64,000 bases of DNA from a bacterium. GTDB taxonomy: Bacteria; UBA10199; 2-02-FULL-44-16; JAAZCA01. The translations under genes and the position numbers were made by a program. Shown here one piece after another: positions 9,058-19,439 of the stretch. Position 1 is the first letter of the stretch; every line of letters starts with the position of its first letter. Location: positions 960,001-1,024,000 of the forward strand of contig CAXXGI010000001.1 in assembly GCA_963674695.2 (NCBI GenBank), in the 5' to 3' direction. The notes beneath the pieces are model-generated. The model was not told the origin of the DNA, searched no databases, and worked only from the letters and a program-made list of their open reading frames with translations.

Positions 9058-11751
9058 ATGGCCGAAGTCAGACCGACACGTCCCGCACCGGAAGTGCCGC
9101 CAACATCTAAAGCACCGACCGAGTCGCCATCCGTCGAGGCGAGCCGCGAGCGGCATGCAAACCGATTCGAGGAAGCGAGGCCACGCCCGACTGCGCCATC
9201 CGTGCGCACGAACTCCATCCTCCTGACGGAGATCGATACTGCGGAGAAGGGCGGGGCGGCATCGAAGGTCATCCCGATCGATGAGCTCCACATCGCACTC
9301 GCCGACGAGGCGTTCAACCGCGACGAACCGGACAGGGCACTCTTTGAGAGAGTTATCTACAATGTGCAGTTCTCAGCGAGCTGGTTTCCCGAAGAGACGC
9401 GCACACAGTTCGACGCGACACACAAACGTCTCACCGACGAAAAACGCGAGGCCGGCCCTGCCCTCATGGCGATAGAGGCAACCTATGCCCCGAACGCGAA
9501 GCGCTTGCTGGCCTGGGTGGCGCCGCGCATCGAGGCATTCAACGAAGCGATCCGCCAACGCGGCGCGATGGACAAAGAGGACATCAATACGCTCAACGGC
9601 ATCACCTCTATCGCCCTGTCCTGGAAGGGCCGTCTTCCACCGGACGGTGCACAGCGCATCGAGGCGTGTTTTCGGAAGACGCTCGACATCATCGAGGCTC
9701 GCGATTTTCGTTGGAACCTCAATTTCAGGGGTCACACATTCGTCGAATTCGGGTCGAAGGCCAGCGTTGCGATGCTCGCCGGAGCACCTCCGCCGAAGAC
9801 GCCGCTGGAGGAGAAACTCACCGATGCCTTCTTCGCACGCGATCCCGAGGCGGTGCTGGCCGATCTCGACGAGCAGAACATCACGATGCAGGAGAATCTC
9901 CCCGAAGCGATCGTCACCCGCGTTTGGAACTTCCTCGTAAACAACCATGCATCGCTCTACCGCAAGACCCGTTATTGGAATGAAATGAGATATCTGCTTC
10001 AAAACAATCCCGAGTTCGTCAGCGACTTCATCGCGCGCACGCCGCAGTGGTTTTCGCTCATTTCGGACGACTCGATGAACAGCGACGAGGCCTCTGATTT
10101 CTATATCTACAGCATCTATACGCGATTGCTCGTCGCCGGAAGCATCCCGGAGGCGTCGCGCCGCGAGGTCCTAATGCTCGTCCTGCAGAAATACGATGCG
10201 GATATCATCGAGACCTGTGATCCCACAGCGGACGTGAGCGCGATCGAACGACGGATCGTCACCGTCTTTCTCCAAAAGACAGCGGAATCGAAACATATCT
10301 CATCGTTTTTGGACGACATCGCCGGAACGATCATTCATCGGTACGCGAAGGAATGGGAATACCCGCGCCTGACCGCATTCATTCGCAACGCGCTGCCACA
10401 CGATCAACTCGAGCCCTCGTTCACGCTCCTCAATTTTATGGCGTATCGTTCGAAGGATGCCGCACAAAAACTCCTGAACGAACTGGCCGATCCCTCCCAG
10501 CGCAGTCGGAGGGGGGCCGAGGACGACCCCCTCTGGCGGAAGATCTGGCTTATCTTTGGTGGAGGCATCCTGAGCGGCATATTCGAAAACGCCTGCAAGC
10601 GCACGGAATATGACCGCGCACTCGAACGGATCCCCAATCTCACAATCGAATACGGAATGAAAGAGACGCTCGACACCTTCTATCGGAAGCACCACCCCTA
10701 TGCCGCAATCTATGCACTCCCGAAGGAACTGCGGCCGACGGCGGCAAAACAGACATTCGTCAGCATCGATGGTTTTCCCGACCCGGAAATCGCACGCCAT
10801 CCGGATAAGAAGAACATCCGGAACCTTCCTGGCGGGACAACATACTGGGAGAATCCGAAGGCTCCTTCGCACGGCTTCGGTGTTTCGAGCCTCGCTGTAG
10901 GTGAAAAAATCGGCCTCGCACCGGAAGCTTCGCTCACGATCGCACCGATCGACAGCAGAGGAACAAGCAACCTCCCACTCGAGATCCTAGACGCCCTCGA
11001 ACGAACGATCGAGGCAGATGAACAGGGAGAGGCGATCTCCGTCGTCGGCATCAGTCTGGGCATGGAGGTCCCGAATGAATTTCAGAATCAGGTCGCTCGC
11101 TCACCCATCTATCGAAAGCTCGTCCGCGCCTGCACCGAACTCCACCGACGCAATATCGCCGTGGTCATCTCCGCTGGTAATTCCGGCGCGGCGGATCAGA
11201 TCAACATCCTCGGCATGCTCCCGCACGTGACGCTGGCCGGTGCATTGGAGAGTCACCTGACGCGTTCGCGCACAGACGATACGGAGAGCAGCTACTCAAC
11301 CGGCGCTGGGACAAACGCGCTTCACCTCTGGGCGCATGCCGATCCGGTGCTCTTCCCGTTCGGAAAGGACCAGGTCGCTTGGCTGAAACGGGGTGGAACC
11401 TCATCGGCGCAACCCCATCTCTCGGGCGCACTGCTGCTCATGCGCGATGTGAACCCCCTGCTCACGGCCGACCAATCGCTCGCCATCCTCGAGGCCACAG
11501 CCGATCCATCGGAACAGGACGCTACTGTCCAGATCCTCGATCCGATGGAGGCGCTGGCGGTTGCCGCCATGCTTCCCGGCTCGACCTATCGCGATGATCG
11601 GCGCGATGCATTCCTTCGCGCATTGGAACAGACACCCGGGGCCATCACGGCAAGCGCCATTCACGCCACACTCAAGGAACCCCTCAAACAAGCGCAGCGC
11701 GAAGCGATCTACGGCGACCTGCGCGGCTTCTCCTTTCCGAAGTTTCGGTAA
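9058..11751 (+). CDS. Large protein with C-terminal S8 (subtilisin-like) protease domain
   Basis: FVSIDG (Asp), SHGFGVSSLA (His), SAGNSG (oxyanion Asn), GGTSSAQPHLSG (Ser); unassigned N-terminal ~570 aa, no signal peptide. Confidence 0.8.
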   Translation: MAEVRPTRPAPEVPPTSKAPTESPSVEASRERHANRFEEARPRPTAPSVRTNSILLTEIDTAEKGGAASKVIPIDELHIALADEAFNRDEPDRALFERVIYNVQFSASWFPEETRTQFDATHKRLTDEKREAGPALMAIEATYAPNAKRLLAWVAPRIEAFNEAIRQRGAMDKEDINTLNGITSIALSWKGRLPPDGAQRIEACFRKTLDIIEARDFRWNLNFRGHTFVEFGSKASVAMLAGAPPPKTPLEEKLTDAFFARDPEAVLADLDEQNITMQENLPEAIVTRVWNFLVNNHASLYRKTRYWNEMRYLLQNNPEFVSDFIARTPQWFSLISDDSMNSDEASDFYIYSIYTRLLVAGSIPEASRREVLMLVLQKYDADIIETCDPTADVSAIERRIVTVFLQKTAESKHISSFLDDIAGTIIHRYAKEWEYPRLTAFIRNALPHDQLEPSFTLLNFMAYRSKDAAQKLLNELADPSQRSRRGAEDDPLWRKIWLIFGGGILSGIFENACKRTEYDRALERIPNLTIEYGMKETLDTFYRKHHPYAAIYALPKELRPTAAKQTFVSIDGFPDPEIARHPDKKNIRNLPGGTTYWENPKAPSHGFGVSSLAVGEKIGLAPEASLTIAPIDSRGTSNLPLEILDALERTIEADEQGEAISVVGISLGMEVPNEFQNQVARSPIYRKLVRACTELHRRNIAVVISAGNSGAADQINILGMLPHVTLAGALESHLTRSRTDDTESSYSTGAGTNALHLWAHADPVLFPFGKDQVAWLKRGGTSSAQPHLSGALLLMRDVNPLLTADQSLAILEATADPSEQDATVQILDPMEALAVAAMLPGSTYRDDRRDAFLRALEQTPGAITASAIHATLKEPLKQAQREAIYGDLRGFSFPKFR

Positions 11752-11862
11752 ATTTTTTATGCAACCATATCAACGCACGCGTTAAAATGGTCGTGACCAT
11801 ATGAACGAAAGATTGCGCAGTAATTTCGCCAACTTAAGAATTGCGCCGATGCTATAAACCAC

Positions 11863-11889
11863 GCAACTTCTGTCGATCTGCGCCGACAA
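11863..11889 (+). promoter_or_regulatory. Sigma28-like promoter variant
   Basis: GCAACTTC-N11-GCCGACAA upstream of ORF 11930. Confidence 0.55.
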
Positions 11890-11929
11890 CTCTTTTAAGG
11901 GCCGCATCTTTATCCAGAGAGAAATTGCC

Positions 11930-13717
11930 ATGGGCAGAGTAACAGAGAGCTTTGGACGACGACAGTGCATCGAAAATATCCCTTCTGCCGATCCGGCAAG
12001 GCAGGACTGTTTTCGCATCGTCAAGGATTGCAAGCGCGCTGACGGAAATGGTGTGAGCACGTTCGTCTTCGAGAAGGAAGAAGGCCCGGCCATCATGCGG
12101 ACGATACAACCAGGCCTTCGCAAATGCATGCTCTTCGCACCCGAGGCGGCCAAAGAGGGGTACGTCCTCCAGGGGGCAAAGACCAGGCCCCAGAAACGAA
12201 AGCGACGGTCCAAGACGGCCAAACCCCGGAAACGAACGCGCGCAAAAAAGACAGCACGCGGCGGCAGGGGAAAGAGACTCATCCGATCGGTGCTGAGGGG
12301 GCTCGAGGACGGTCGCGTCGATATGGAGCGCGACTGGGAGCGCGTTCGCGATCACCGCTCCTTCAAGAAGAGTCCCAAGATAAGGGCGGACTACTTCGAG
12401 GCGGTGGCGAGATCGGACGCGGTCATCCCTGAGGATGTGAAAAAATCGATGTTCACGTGGTTCAAGAAATTTTTCGCCACACATCCAAACGAACGCCTCA
12501 CGATGTATGGTGACATGATCGTCCGCGCAGCCAGCATCGCCGACAGACAGAGACGGTATCCCGAAGCGATCATCATGGACATGGAGAAAGCGGCGAAGGT
12601 ATACGGAGAAACTCTTTTCGACTATTATAAAAACTATGCCAGGCCGCGACTGATCAATCCCAAGACAAACACATTTCACCCCCACGTTGTCGATCACCTC
12701 ATCCACTACGTCACGAGCGAATTGAATGAAGAGATCGAGCGAGACCTCTATGCCGTCGGAGATCCGCGGTTGAATGCATTCATCATACACATACAGCTTC
12801 AACCCCGTTATCTGCATGAAGATGCCGGAAAAGCGGGCGAGGAGCCCTATGATTATTACAAGGGACACGTTCGCGGGCTTCTCATCGATCCGACAACAAA
12901 CACGTTTCGTACCCATGTCGTCGATGCCCTCGTAGAATTCATCATGAAGGGGGGAGAGTTTGAACCCAGGATCAAAAGGGATCTCATCGCCGTCGGAGAT
13001 CCCCGATTGAACAGACTCATCGAATTAGATGATGCTGACGATAAAAAGATGCAGAAACTCCTTGCTGTGCTTGCAGACCCCTACACCCTTCTCAACGGAA
13101 CCCTGAGTGGAAGCAACTATCAAATCATTGTTAATCTCCGTAGCGATCTCGGATCTATGATACTGAGCAAGGCCCTCTGGCAAACCGCACACAGAATCCC
13201 AATGGCCCCGAAAATAGCGGGGGCAGGTTTGATGTTTCTCTCCCCACTCTCGGAATTTTTTATCCACAAGTGGGTCTATAAGCGGATCCATCAGAACACC
13301 GATCGGGAAAAGGTCATCGACCCCGCGCCCCGCCAGTGGAACCCGGATCTCGCCAAGGTGTGGCAGGGGGCCATCAGGGCATTAAAACCGTACGCACCCC
13401 CCGAGGGGGTCGAGCCCAGAACGCCGTTCGAGGTGCGCATAAAGGATGCCCTTGAACACCTCAATGAGGCGGACGAAGAGCTGTGTACGAGTTTTTTCTC
13501 CCGCCGGCTCGGAGACGACTATTATGAGGAACGCGAAGCGATGAACGCGTATCTGATCGGCGATCGACGCGATCTCGATCTCAAAACGCTCACGAGGAAG
13601 ATCGATCGGAAATCGAAATTCTGCCGCACGCTCGTCGAAATGCTCGAACACATCCCTCCCGAATTTTCCTATTACGACCGCGCACAAAAACTCCTGCGCG
13701 TCCTGTCCGAAGGGTAA
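11930..13717 (+). CDS. Hypothetical protein with internal ~45-aa duplication and Lys/Arg-rich patch
   Basis: 595-aa ORF, visibly lower GC; repeat LINPKTNTFHPHVVD...RDLYAVGDPRLN / LIDPTTNTFRTHVVD...RDLIAVGDPRLN. Confidence 0.75.
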   Translation: MGRVTESFGRRQCIENIPSADPARQDCFRIVKDCKRADGNGVSTFVFEKEEGPAIMRTIQPGLRKCMLFAPEAAKEGYVLQGAKTRPQKRKRRSKTAKPRKRTRAKKTARGGRGKRLIRSVLRGLEDGRVDMERDWERVRDHRSFKKSPKIRADYFEAVARSDAVIPEDVKKSMFTWFKKFFATHPNERLTMYGDMIVRAASIADRQRRYPEAIIMDMEKAAKVYGETLFDYYKNYARPRLINPKTNTFHPHVVDHLIHYVTSELNEEIERDLYAVGDPRLNAFIIHIQLQPRYLHEDAGKAGEEPYDYYKGHVRGLLIDPTTNTFRTHVVDALVEFIMKGGEFEPRIKRDLIAVGDPRLNRLIELDDADDKKMQKLLAVLADPYTLLNGTLSGSNYQIIVNLRSDLGSMILSKALWQTAHRIPMAPKIAGAGLMFLSPLSEFFIHKWVYKRIHQNTDREKVIDPAPRQWNPDLAKVWQGAIRALKPYAPPEGVEPRTPFEVRIKDALEHLNEADEELCTSFFSRRLGDDYYEEREAMNAYLIGDRRDLDLKTLTRKIDRKSKFCRTLVEMLEHIPPEFSYYDRAQKLLRVLSEG

Positions 13718-13781
13718 CTGGTGAGCTCTGCATGTCACACGTCTTTGCTCACGGTTTACAGTTCACGGTTCACAGTTCACC
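13713..13781. repeat. Heptamer array (GTTCACR) between convergent stop codons
   Basis: gctcacg gtttaca gttcacg gttcaca gttcacc, preceded by an inverted ggtaact ggtgagc. Confidence 0.75.
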
Positions 13782-13782
13782 A

Positions 13783-15264
13783 TTACCACGCCGAGAGCGA
13801 GAGGTAGGCGACGAGGTTCTGCGGGAGGATGCCGAAGAGGATGACAACCATCGCGGCGATGGCCAGGACCGCCACGAGCGGCGCGGGGATGGCCCGCACC
13901 GTTGCATCTTCATCGAAGGCGCCCATCGATGCGTGCGGCTCGCAGAAGACCATCGTCCATACGGGCTTGAGGAAATAAGCGATCGACAGGACCGATCCGA
14001 ATGCGCCGACGAGCACGAGTCCCACATCGCCGCCCCCGAGTGCGGTGAGAAAAAGATCATAGCGCGCCACGAAGCCGACGGTCGGCGGCAGGCCTGCAAG
14101 GGCCAAGAGGATGAGGGAGAAGGTTGCGGCCAATACGGGCCGACGAGAAGCCAGGCCTGCGAGCTGGGCACTGTCCACGCTGCCCGCACCCCCGATGGCA
14201 CTCACCGCGGCAAAGGCCGCCGCCATGAGCACGACCGTCACGAGCAGGAAGAGGATGAGCGCACGCGAAACACCCGAAGGATCGGCCGCGACCGACGGCA
14301 ACACGATCAGCGCCAGCCCCACCTGCGCAATCGCCGCGAAACCGAGCATGCGTTTGAGATTCGTCTGCGCCAACGCGCCGAGGTTGCCCACGACGATCGA
14401 GGCGACGGCGAGCGCTGTGAGCAGACCCCGCCAGAGCGGGCCGATGGCCGCAACCGCGAGCGCCACCCGCATGAAGGCGATGAGCCCCGCCGCCATCGCA
14501 CCGGTGGTGAGGATTACCGCTGCCGCCGGCGGCGCGCCCTCGATCGCATCGGGCATCCAGGCATGAAAGGCCGCGATCGCAATCCGGAGGGCGAAGGCGA
14601 CCGTCACCAATCCCACGCCGACCAGGACGAGCGAACGCATCGGAGAGGCCATGCATTCTGGAATGCGCTCGGCGATCGCCCCCAACTCCGTCGCGCCGGT
14701 GACGCCGAAGAGACAGGCCGCACCCATCGCCATGAAGGCGGTCGCCAGGAGGGAGGGGATGAAGAACTTCACCGCCGCCTCGTGCGCGCGCCCGCCGGCC
14801 CTTCCGCCGACGATCAACGCAACCGCGCCCGCCGCAATGATTTCGAAGGCGATGAGGATCACCACGAGATCGGCGGCGGCAACGAGGAGCGCCATGCCGA
14901 AGGCGATCACGCCCAACATGGCCGCGGGGACACTTCGTTCAACGCCCTCGCCGCGATCGGAGCAAGAGACGAGCAGCGCAAAGGCCGTCGCGATGATCGC
15001 GATCTGCCAGCCGACGATCGTGACGCGATCGATGAGGAACATTCCTTGTGATGCGCCGGAAGCGGATGCCCACATCTGCCAGGAGAGGAAAAAGCTGACA
15101 CCGAGACCTGCACTGAGCACGGCAATGTGTGCACGCCGGGAGGGGCGAACGAGTTCGATTCCACCGACGACGAGTGCGGTCACCGCCAAGACGATGAGCG
15201 GGAGTGCGCTTCGCACGAATGCGACCCCCCCCTGCCCACCCCACTGTACCACCGCTTCGAACAT
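13783..15264 (-). CDS. nuoN: NuoN-like antiporter subunit (divergent)
   Basis: EAAVKFF, FHAWMPDAIEGAP, GNLGALAQTNLKRML, LAGLPPTVGF; last gene of the A-H-J-K-L-M-N cluster; GGAGG SD. Confidence 0.85.
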   Translation of the reverse strand: MFEAVVQWGGQGGVAFVRSALPLIVLAVTALVVGGIELVRPSRRAHIAVLSAGLGVSFFLSWQMWASASGASQGMFLIDRVTIVGWQIAIIATAFALLVSCSDRGEGVERSVPAAMLGVIAFGMALLVAAADLVVILIAFEIIAAGAVALIVGGRAGGRAHEAAVKFFIPSLLATAFMAMGAACLFGVTGATELGAIAERIPECMASPMRSLVLVGVGLVTVAFALRIAIAAFHAWMPDAIEGAPPAAAVILTTGAMAAGLIAFMRVALAVAAIGPLWRGLLTALAVASIVVGNLGALAQTNLKRMLGFAAIAQVGLALIVLPSVAADPSGVSRALILFLLVTVVLMAAAFAAVSAIGGAGSVDSAQLAGLASRRPVLAATFSLILLALAGLPPTVGFVARYDLFLTALGGGDVGLVLVGAFGSVLSIAYFLKPVWTMVFCEPHASMGAFDEDATVRAIPAPLVAVLAIAAMVVILFGILPQNLVAYLSLSAW

Positions 15265-15272
15265 CGAACCTC

Positions 15273-15364
15273 CGTAACTCGTGACTCGTAACTCGTAACT
15301 CGTGACTCGTAACTCGTAACTCGCGAGCTGTTCACGGTTCACGGTTCACGGTTCACGGTTCACG
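15273..15364. repeat. Heptamer arrays (GTGAACC and GAGTTAC/GAGTCAC on the minus strand) spanning nuoM stop to nuoN RBS
   Basis: cgtaact/cgtgact x7 followed by gttcacg x5. Confidence 0.9.
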
Positions 15365-16855
15365 CTCCCCTGCGGGGACGATCATGCGCACGCGTGTCGC
15401 CAGCGTGCAGAAGGTCTTCGCCGAGGCAAGCGCCGGGCCGAGCCACATCCTCGGAGCGACGCCGACGCCGATGAGGATCGCCAGAGCGGGAATGAGCAGC
15501 ACATATTCGCGCAAACCGAGATCACGCCGATGGCGCGCCTCTTCATCGGACGATCCCGCGATCAATCGCAGAGCGATGCGTCCGACGGCGACCGGCACGA
15601 GCACAACGCCTGCGAGCGCGATGGCCGCCATGATCGTCTGCGTCTGAAAACTCCCGAGGAAGACGAGCCACTCGCCCGCGAAGACGGCAAACCCCGGAAC
15701 GCCCGCCGCCGCGACGAGCAGGACCAGCAGCACCACCGCCATGCGCGGAAGACGCGCACCGAGCTTCGCGCTTCCATCGAGCGCATCGGTCAAACCACGA
15801 CCGGAGAGCATGCCGGCCATACCCAGAAGTCCAACGCTGACGAGCCCCTGCGCGGCCAGCACCACCACCGCCCCCGCGCTCGCCTCCACATTGAGCGACG
15901 AAAACCCGAGCAGAACGATTCCCGTCTGGGCGACGGCCAGATACGCGACCGCACGCTTGAGCGTGGGCTGCACCGCAGCCATGAGCGCACCGGCGATGAT
16001 TCCGACGAGTGCGAGAATGCAGAGCACGGGTACGGCAACCGCGAGCGCCTCAGGGAACAGCGGCATCGCAAAGCGATAGAATCCGTAACAGCCCATCTTG
16101 AGCAGGCCCCCGACGATCAGGATCGCCCCGGCGGTGGGCGCCTCGGCCACCGCATCCGCGAGCCACATATGCAGGCCCACGACGGCAGCGGGGATGGCAA
16201 ACGCGACCGCCATGGCCAGGAAGAGCCAGCGCTGCACCGCGAAGGGGAAATCGATCGCGTACCAATCGAGCAGGTCGAACGAGCCCACCACGCCCGCGGC
16301 CGCGAGCATCGCCACGAGGAGCAGCATGCCGCCCGCCATCACGAAGAGCAGGAAGGTATGCGCCGCGCGCAGGCGCCCGGAGAGCCCGAAGCTGCCGACC
16401 AGGAAGAAGAGAGCGATGAGCACCACCTGCCAACTGACATAGAAGAGAAAGATGTCGAGCGCGGCGAAGACGCCCATGAACCCGGCTTCCGCCACGAACA
16501 GCCAGACATGAAATCCGCGCACGCGTTCATCGACTTCATTCCAGGAGACGAGCACGCCCATGGGCACGATGAGCGCGATCATCAGCATCAGGAGCATCGA
16601 GGCGCCATCGACGCCGACGTGATAGTGGATGCCGAAGGCGGGGATCCAGGAGGCAATCTCACCGAGTTCGAACTCGCGCGAACCCTCGATGCCAAACCAG
16701 GCCAGCGCACAGAGCGCGAGCGTGACGAGCGCCACGACGAGCCCCACCGCGCGCACCGCCCCCTTCCACCGCGCCGGCACGAGCAGGATGAGCGCCGCAC
16801 CGAGAAGCGGCAGAAAGATGATCGCGGTCAGCATGTGGGAAAGCAGCAGTTGCAT
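15353..16855 (-). CDS. nuoM: NuoM-like antiporter subunit (divergent)
   Basis: WIPAFGIHYHVGVDG, LHMWLADAVAEAPTAG, LLKMGCYGFYRF, GVPGFAVFAGEW. Confidence 0.87.
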   Translation of the reverse strand: MQLLLSHMLTAIIFLPLLGAALILLVPARWKGAVRAVGLVVALVTLALCALAWFGIEGSREFELGEIASWIPAFGIHYHVGVDGASMLLMLMIALIVPMGVLVSWNEVDERVRGFHVWLFVAEAGFMGVFAALDIFLFYVSWQVVLIALFFLVGSFGLSGRLRAAHTFLLFVMAGGMLLLVAMLAAAGVVGSFDLLDWYAIDFPFAVQRWLFLAMAVAFAIPAAVVGLHMWLADAVAEAPTAGAILIVGGLLKMGCYGFYRFAMPLFPEALAVAVPVLCILALVGIIAGALMAAVQPTLKRAVAYLAVAQTGIVLLGFSSLNVEASAGAVVVLAAQGLVSVGLLGMAGMLSGRGLTDALDGSAKLGARLPRMAVVLLVLLVAAAGVPGFAVFAGEWLVFLGSFQTQTIMAAIALAGVVLVPVAVGRIALRLIAGSSDEEARHRRDLGLREYVLLIPALAILIGVGVAPRMWLGPALASAKTFCTLATRVRMIVPAGEREP

Positions 16856-16861
16856 AATTTC

Positions 16862-16936
16862 CGTGACTCGTGACTCGTGACTCGTAACTCGTAACTCGTA
16901 ACTCGTGAACCGTAATTCGTGACTCGTGAACCGTAA
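16862..16936. repeat. Heptamer array (CGTGACT/CGTAACT) immediately upstream of nuoM start
   Basis: About 10 degenerate 7-8 bp units. Confidence 0.85.
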
Positions 16937-16945
16937 GCAATCCGG

Positions 16946-16980
16946 GACTGGATCCCCGACTACACCACTCGGGGATGACA
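16946..16980. repeat. Single REP-like palindrome
   Basis: GACTGGATCCCCGACTACACCACTCGGGGATGACA closely matches the reverse complement of the element starting near 45646. Confidence 0.7.
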
Positions 16981-17027
16981 TCGCGTAAAAACCAGCCTCC
17001 GTGATCCGTTCGATCGAAGATCGTGTC

Positions 17028-17100
17028 GCCGCGAGGGAACACGCGAGGCCATTTTTACAGCTTCATCGGAAAAATGGTCTCGCGTTTTCCCGGAAGGCGC
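17028..17100 (+). repeat. Hairpin family element, copy 1 (GCCGCGAGGGAA...TTCCCGGRAG)
   Basis: Stem GGGAACACGCGAGGCCATTTTT / AAAAATGGTCTCGCGTTTTCCC with loop ACAGCTTCATCGG; related copies at 36871 and 55454. Confidence 0.7.
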
Positions 17101-17143
17101 CAAGCAACTTCGCGCCGCGAGATGAAACTCCGGACTTTCCCCC

Positions 17144-19132
17144 TCACCCCAGCACCAACACCCCGACGACGACGACGGCGCCGATGAGGACATAGAGCAG
17201 ATACTGTCGCACGGCACCGGTCTGTGCAGCGGCCGCGACCGACGCGAAGAAACCGATCGCGCGCGCGCTGCCCCCGATGAGAATACCGGACAGAAACGTG
17301 CGGTCGATCAATTTCCACAAGATCACGCGCGCGACCCACCCGATGGGGCGCACCACGAGCGTCTGCGCTATTTCTTCGAGATACCAGCCCGAGCGCGCGC
17401 TGTGATAGAGCGGCGCGATGCGCCGGAGCAGACGCTCCGACCAATCGCGGCGCTGCGCATAGATGAGCCAACCCAGGATCGAACAGTGCACCGTCCAGAG
17501 GACGGCGATGACATAGAGGATGATCTGCACCGCGCGCGAGACATTATTCATGCCGCGGCTGACCTCGCCCGGCAGGAGTTCGCCCAGCCAGACGCCGAAC
17601 CGATCGGCGCCGCCCAGGATTTCGGGGACGGCGAGCACCCCGCCGAAGAGACAGGCGGTGGCCAGCAGCATCAGCGGCACCACCATCGCCACGGGCGATT
17701 CGGTCACGCGTTTGAAACGATCGAGTTCGATCTCGGTGCGACCGAAGAAGATCGCTCCCGCCACGCGAAAGATCGCAAAGGCGATCATCCCCATGGCCGC
17801 GAAGGTCATGATCCAGATGAGGACCTCGCCGCGCGCATAGGCATGGATGAGAATAGCGGAGAGCCCCGCAAATCCCGCCAGGGGAACCACGCCCGCGAGC
17901 GTAGCCGCAGCGATGACGAAGGTCCAGGCCGTGATCGGCATGCGCTGACCCAGGCCGCCCATGCCGAAGAGATCGCTCTCGCCCTGCAGGGCACGCATCG
18001 CACCGGCGGCGGCGAGCATGCAGAGCAGGAGTGCAAGCGCGACGACCACGAGATGATAGACGGCGGTGGTAAAGACCCCCAACCCCGCCGCGATGAGGAC
18101 GATGCCGAGCTCGGCGGCGGCGATCTGCGCAAGGATGCGTCGCACATCGGTCGACGCCAGCGCCGTGGCGCCCGCCGCGAGTGCGGTGATTCCGCCGAGC
18201 AACGCCATCGCCTTGAGGACACTCGGCGCGAGCGCGAAGATGCCATCCATGCGCGCAACGAGGGCGACCGCCGTAGCGCCGATGACCACCGCCTGCAGAA
18301 AGGCCGCGACCGGAACGGGCGAACGCGTCGTCGAGGGAAGCCAGAACAAAAACGGCACCTGTGCGGAACGCACCGCCACCGCCACGAGCAGCAGCAACGC
18401 GATGACGTGCGCAACCGGCAAAAACGCGGCCTGATACTGCACTACGTTTTCGAACGCGAGCGCGCCATCGCCGGGAGGAACATCGGCCGCCGCCATCGCC
18501 CCGACGATGAGAAAGCAGGCGGCCATGAGCGCCGCATCGCCAATGCGATCGACGACGAAGACCACGACTCCATGCTGCGCACCGTCGCGATCGGAGGAGA
18601 CGAATCCCGCCGTCAGCGATGCACACAACCCCACGCCCATCCATCCGACGATGAAGAACAGAAGGTTCTCCGCCAGCACCGCCATGAGCGCGAAGAAGAG
18701 CATCGCATGGATGAGAGAAGCGGCGCGCGCCAAGGAGCGCCGCCCCTCCATCGCGCCGGGCAGCGCCATCTGCGCAAAGAGGGCCGCGATGCTGAGCGTC
18801 AACCCGAGCGTGAGCGAGAGCTGATCGAGACGCAGACCCACGTCGACCACGAAATCCTTTGAGGCGATCCAGGTGAAGAGCGGTCCGGTGATCGCCGCAG
18901 CAGAGCCGACCTCGAATCCCATGAGCGTCCAAAACAGGACGATCATGATGGCGACGGTGAGCAGGGCACCGACGACGCCGATGAAGACGCTCAGCGGCCG
19001 AAATCGTTCATGCTCGGCGCGTGCGCCCGCCATCGCGATGAACGCGCAGCATGCCGACGACGTCAGCGGAACGGCCAGGACGCACCAGATGAGTGTCTGC
19101 AGTGAAACGATCTGATAGAGCGATTCGAGCAT
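17144..19132 (-). CDS. nuoL: NuoL-like antiporter subunit (divergent)
   Basis: GLRLDQLS, GWMGVGLC, DRIGD, RSAQVP..WLP, MGGLGQRMPIT, C-terminal QTGAVRQY. Confidence 0.87.
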   Translation of the reverse strand: MLESLYQIVSLQTLIWCVLAVPLTSSACCAFIAMAGARAEHERFRPLSVFIGVVGALLTVAIMIVLFWTLMGFEVGSAAAITGPLFTWIASKDFVVDVGLRLDQLSLTLGLTLSIAALFAQMALPGAMEGRRSLARAASLIHAMLFFALMAVLAENLLFFIVGWMGVGLCASLTAGFVSSDRDGAQHGVVVFVVDRIGDAALMAACFLIVGAMAAADVPPGDGALAFENVVQYQAAFLPVAHVIALLLLVAVAVRSAQVPFLFWLPSTTRSPVPVAAFLQAVVIGATAVALVARMDGIFALAPSVLKAMALLGGITALAAGATALASTDVRRILAQIAAAELGIVLIAAGLGVFTTAVYHLVVVALALLLCMLAAAGAMRALQGESDLFGMGGLGQRMPITAWTFVIAAATLAGVVPLAGFAGLSAILIHAYARGEVLIWIMTFAAMGMIAFAIFRVAGAIFFGRTEIELDRFKRVTESPVAMVVPLMLLATACLFGGVLAVPEILGGADRFGVWLGELLPGEVSRGMNNVSRAVQIILYVIAVLWTVHCSILGWLIYAQRRDWSERLLRRIAPLYHSARSGWYLEEIAQTLVVRPIGWVARVILWKLIDRTFLSGILIGGSARAIGFFASVAAAAQTGAVRQYLLYVLIGAVVVVGVLVLG

Positions 19133-19133
19133 G

Positions 19134-19439
19134 CTATCCCTTCAAGAGCGAAAGGTCATCCACATCGCGCCCGGCGTCTTTGCGCTCGAGCGCACGGGCG
19201 AGTCCAAAGCCGACGATCACCTGCAGGACCATGATGACGAAAAGGGTGAGCACGAGCACCCGGCCCGCCAACGCAAGATTCCAGCGGGAGAAGGTCACGA
19301 CCGCCACCACCGCCGCCAGGAGCATGAGCTGTGCCGACAAGAGGATCGCCACGAGATTTCGGCGTACGATCATGCCGAATGCCCCCAACACAAAGAGCAA
19401 CGCACTCGCGGCGAATGCCGGATGCAACGCGGGAATCAT
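19134..19439 (-). CDS. nuoK: NuoK-like subunit (divergent)
   Basis: LFVLGAFGMIVRRNLV...C-terminal DVDDLSLLKG; 101 aa, 3 TM; ATGA overlap with nuoJ. Confidence 0.85.
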   Translation of the reverse strand: MIPALHPAFAASALLFVLGAFGMIVRRNLVAILLSAQLMLLAAVVAVVTFSRWNLALAGRVLVLTLFVIMVLQVIVGFGLARALERKDAGRDVDDLSLLKG

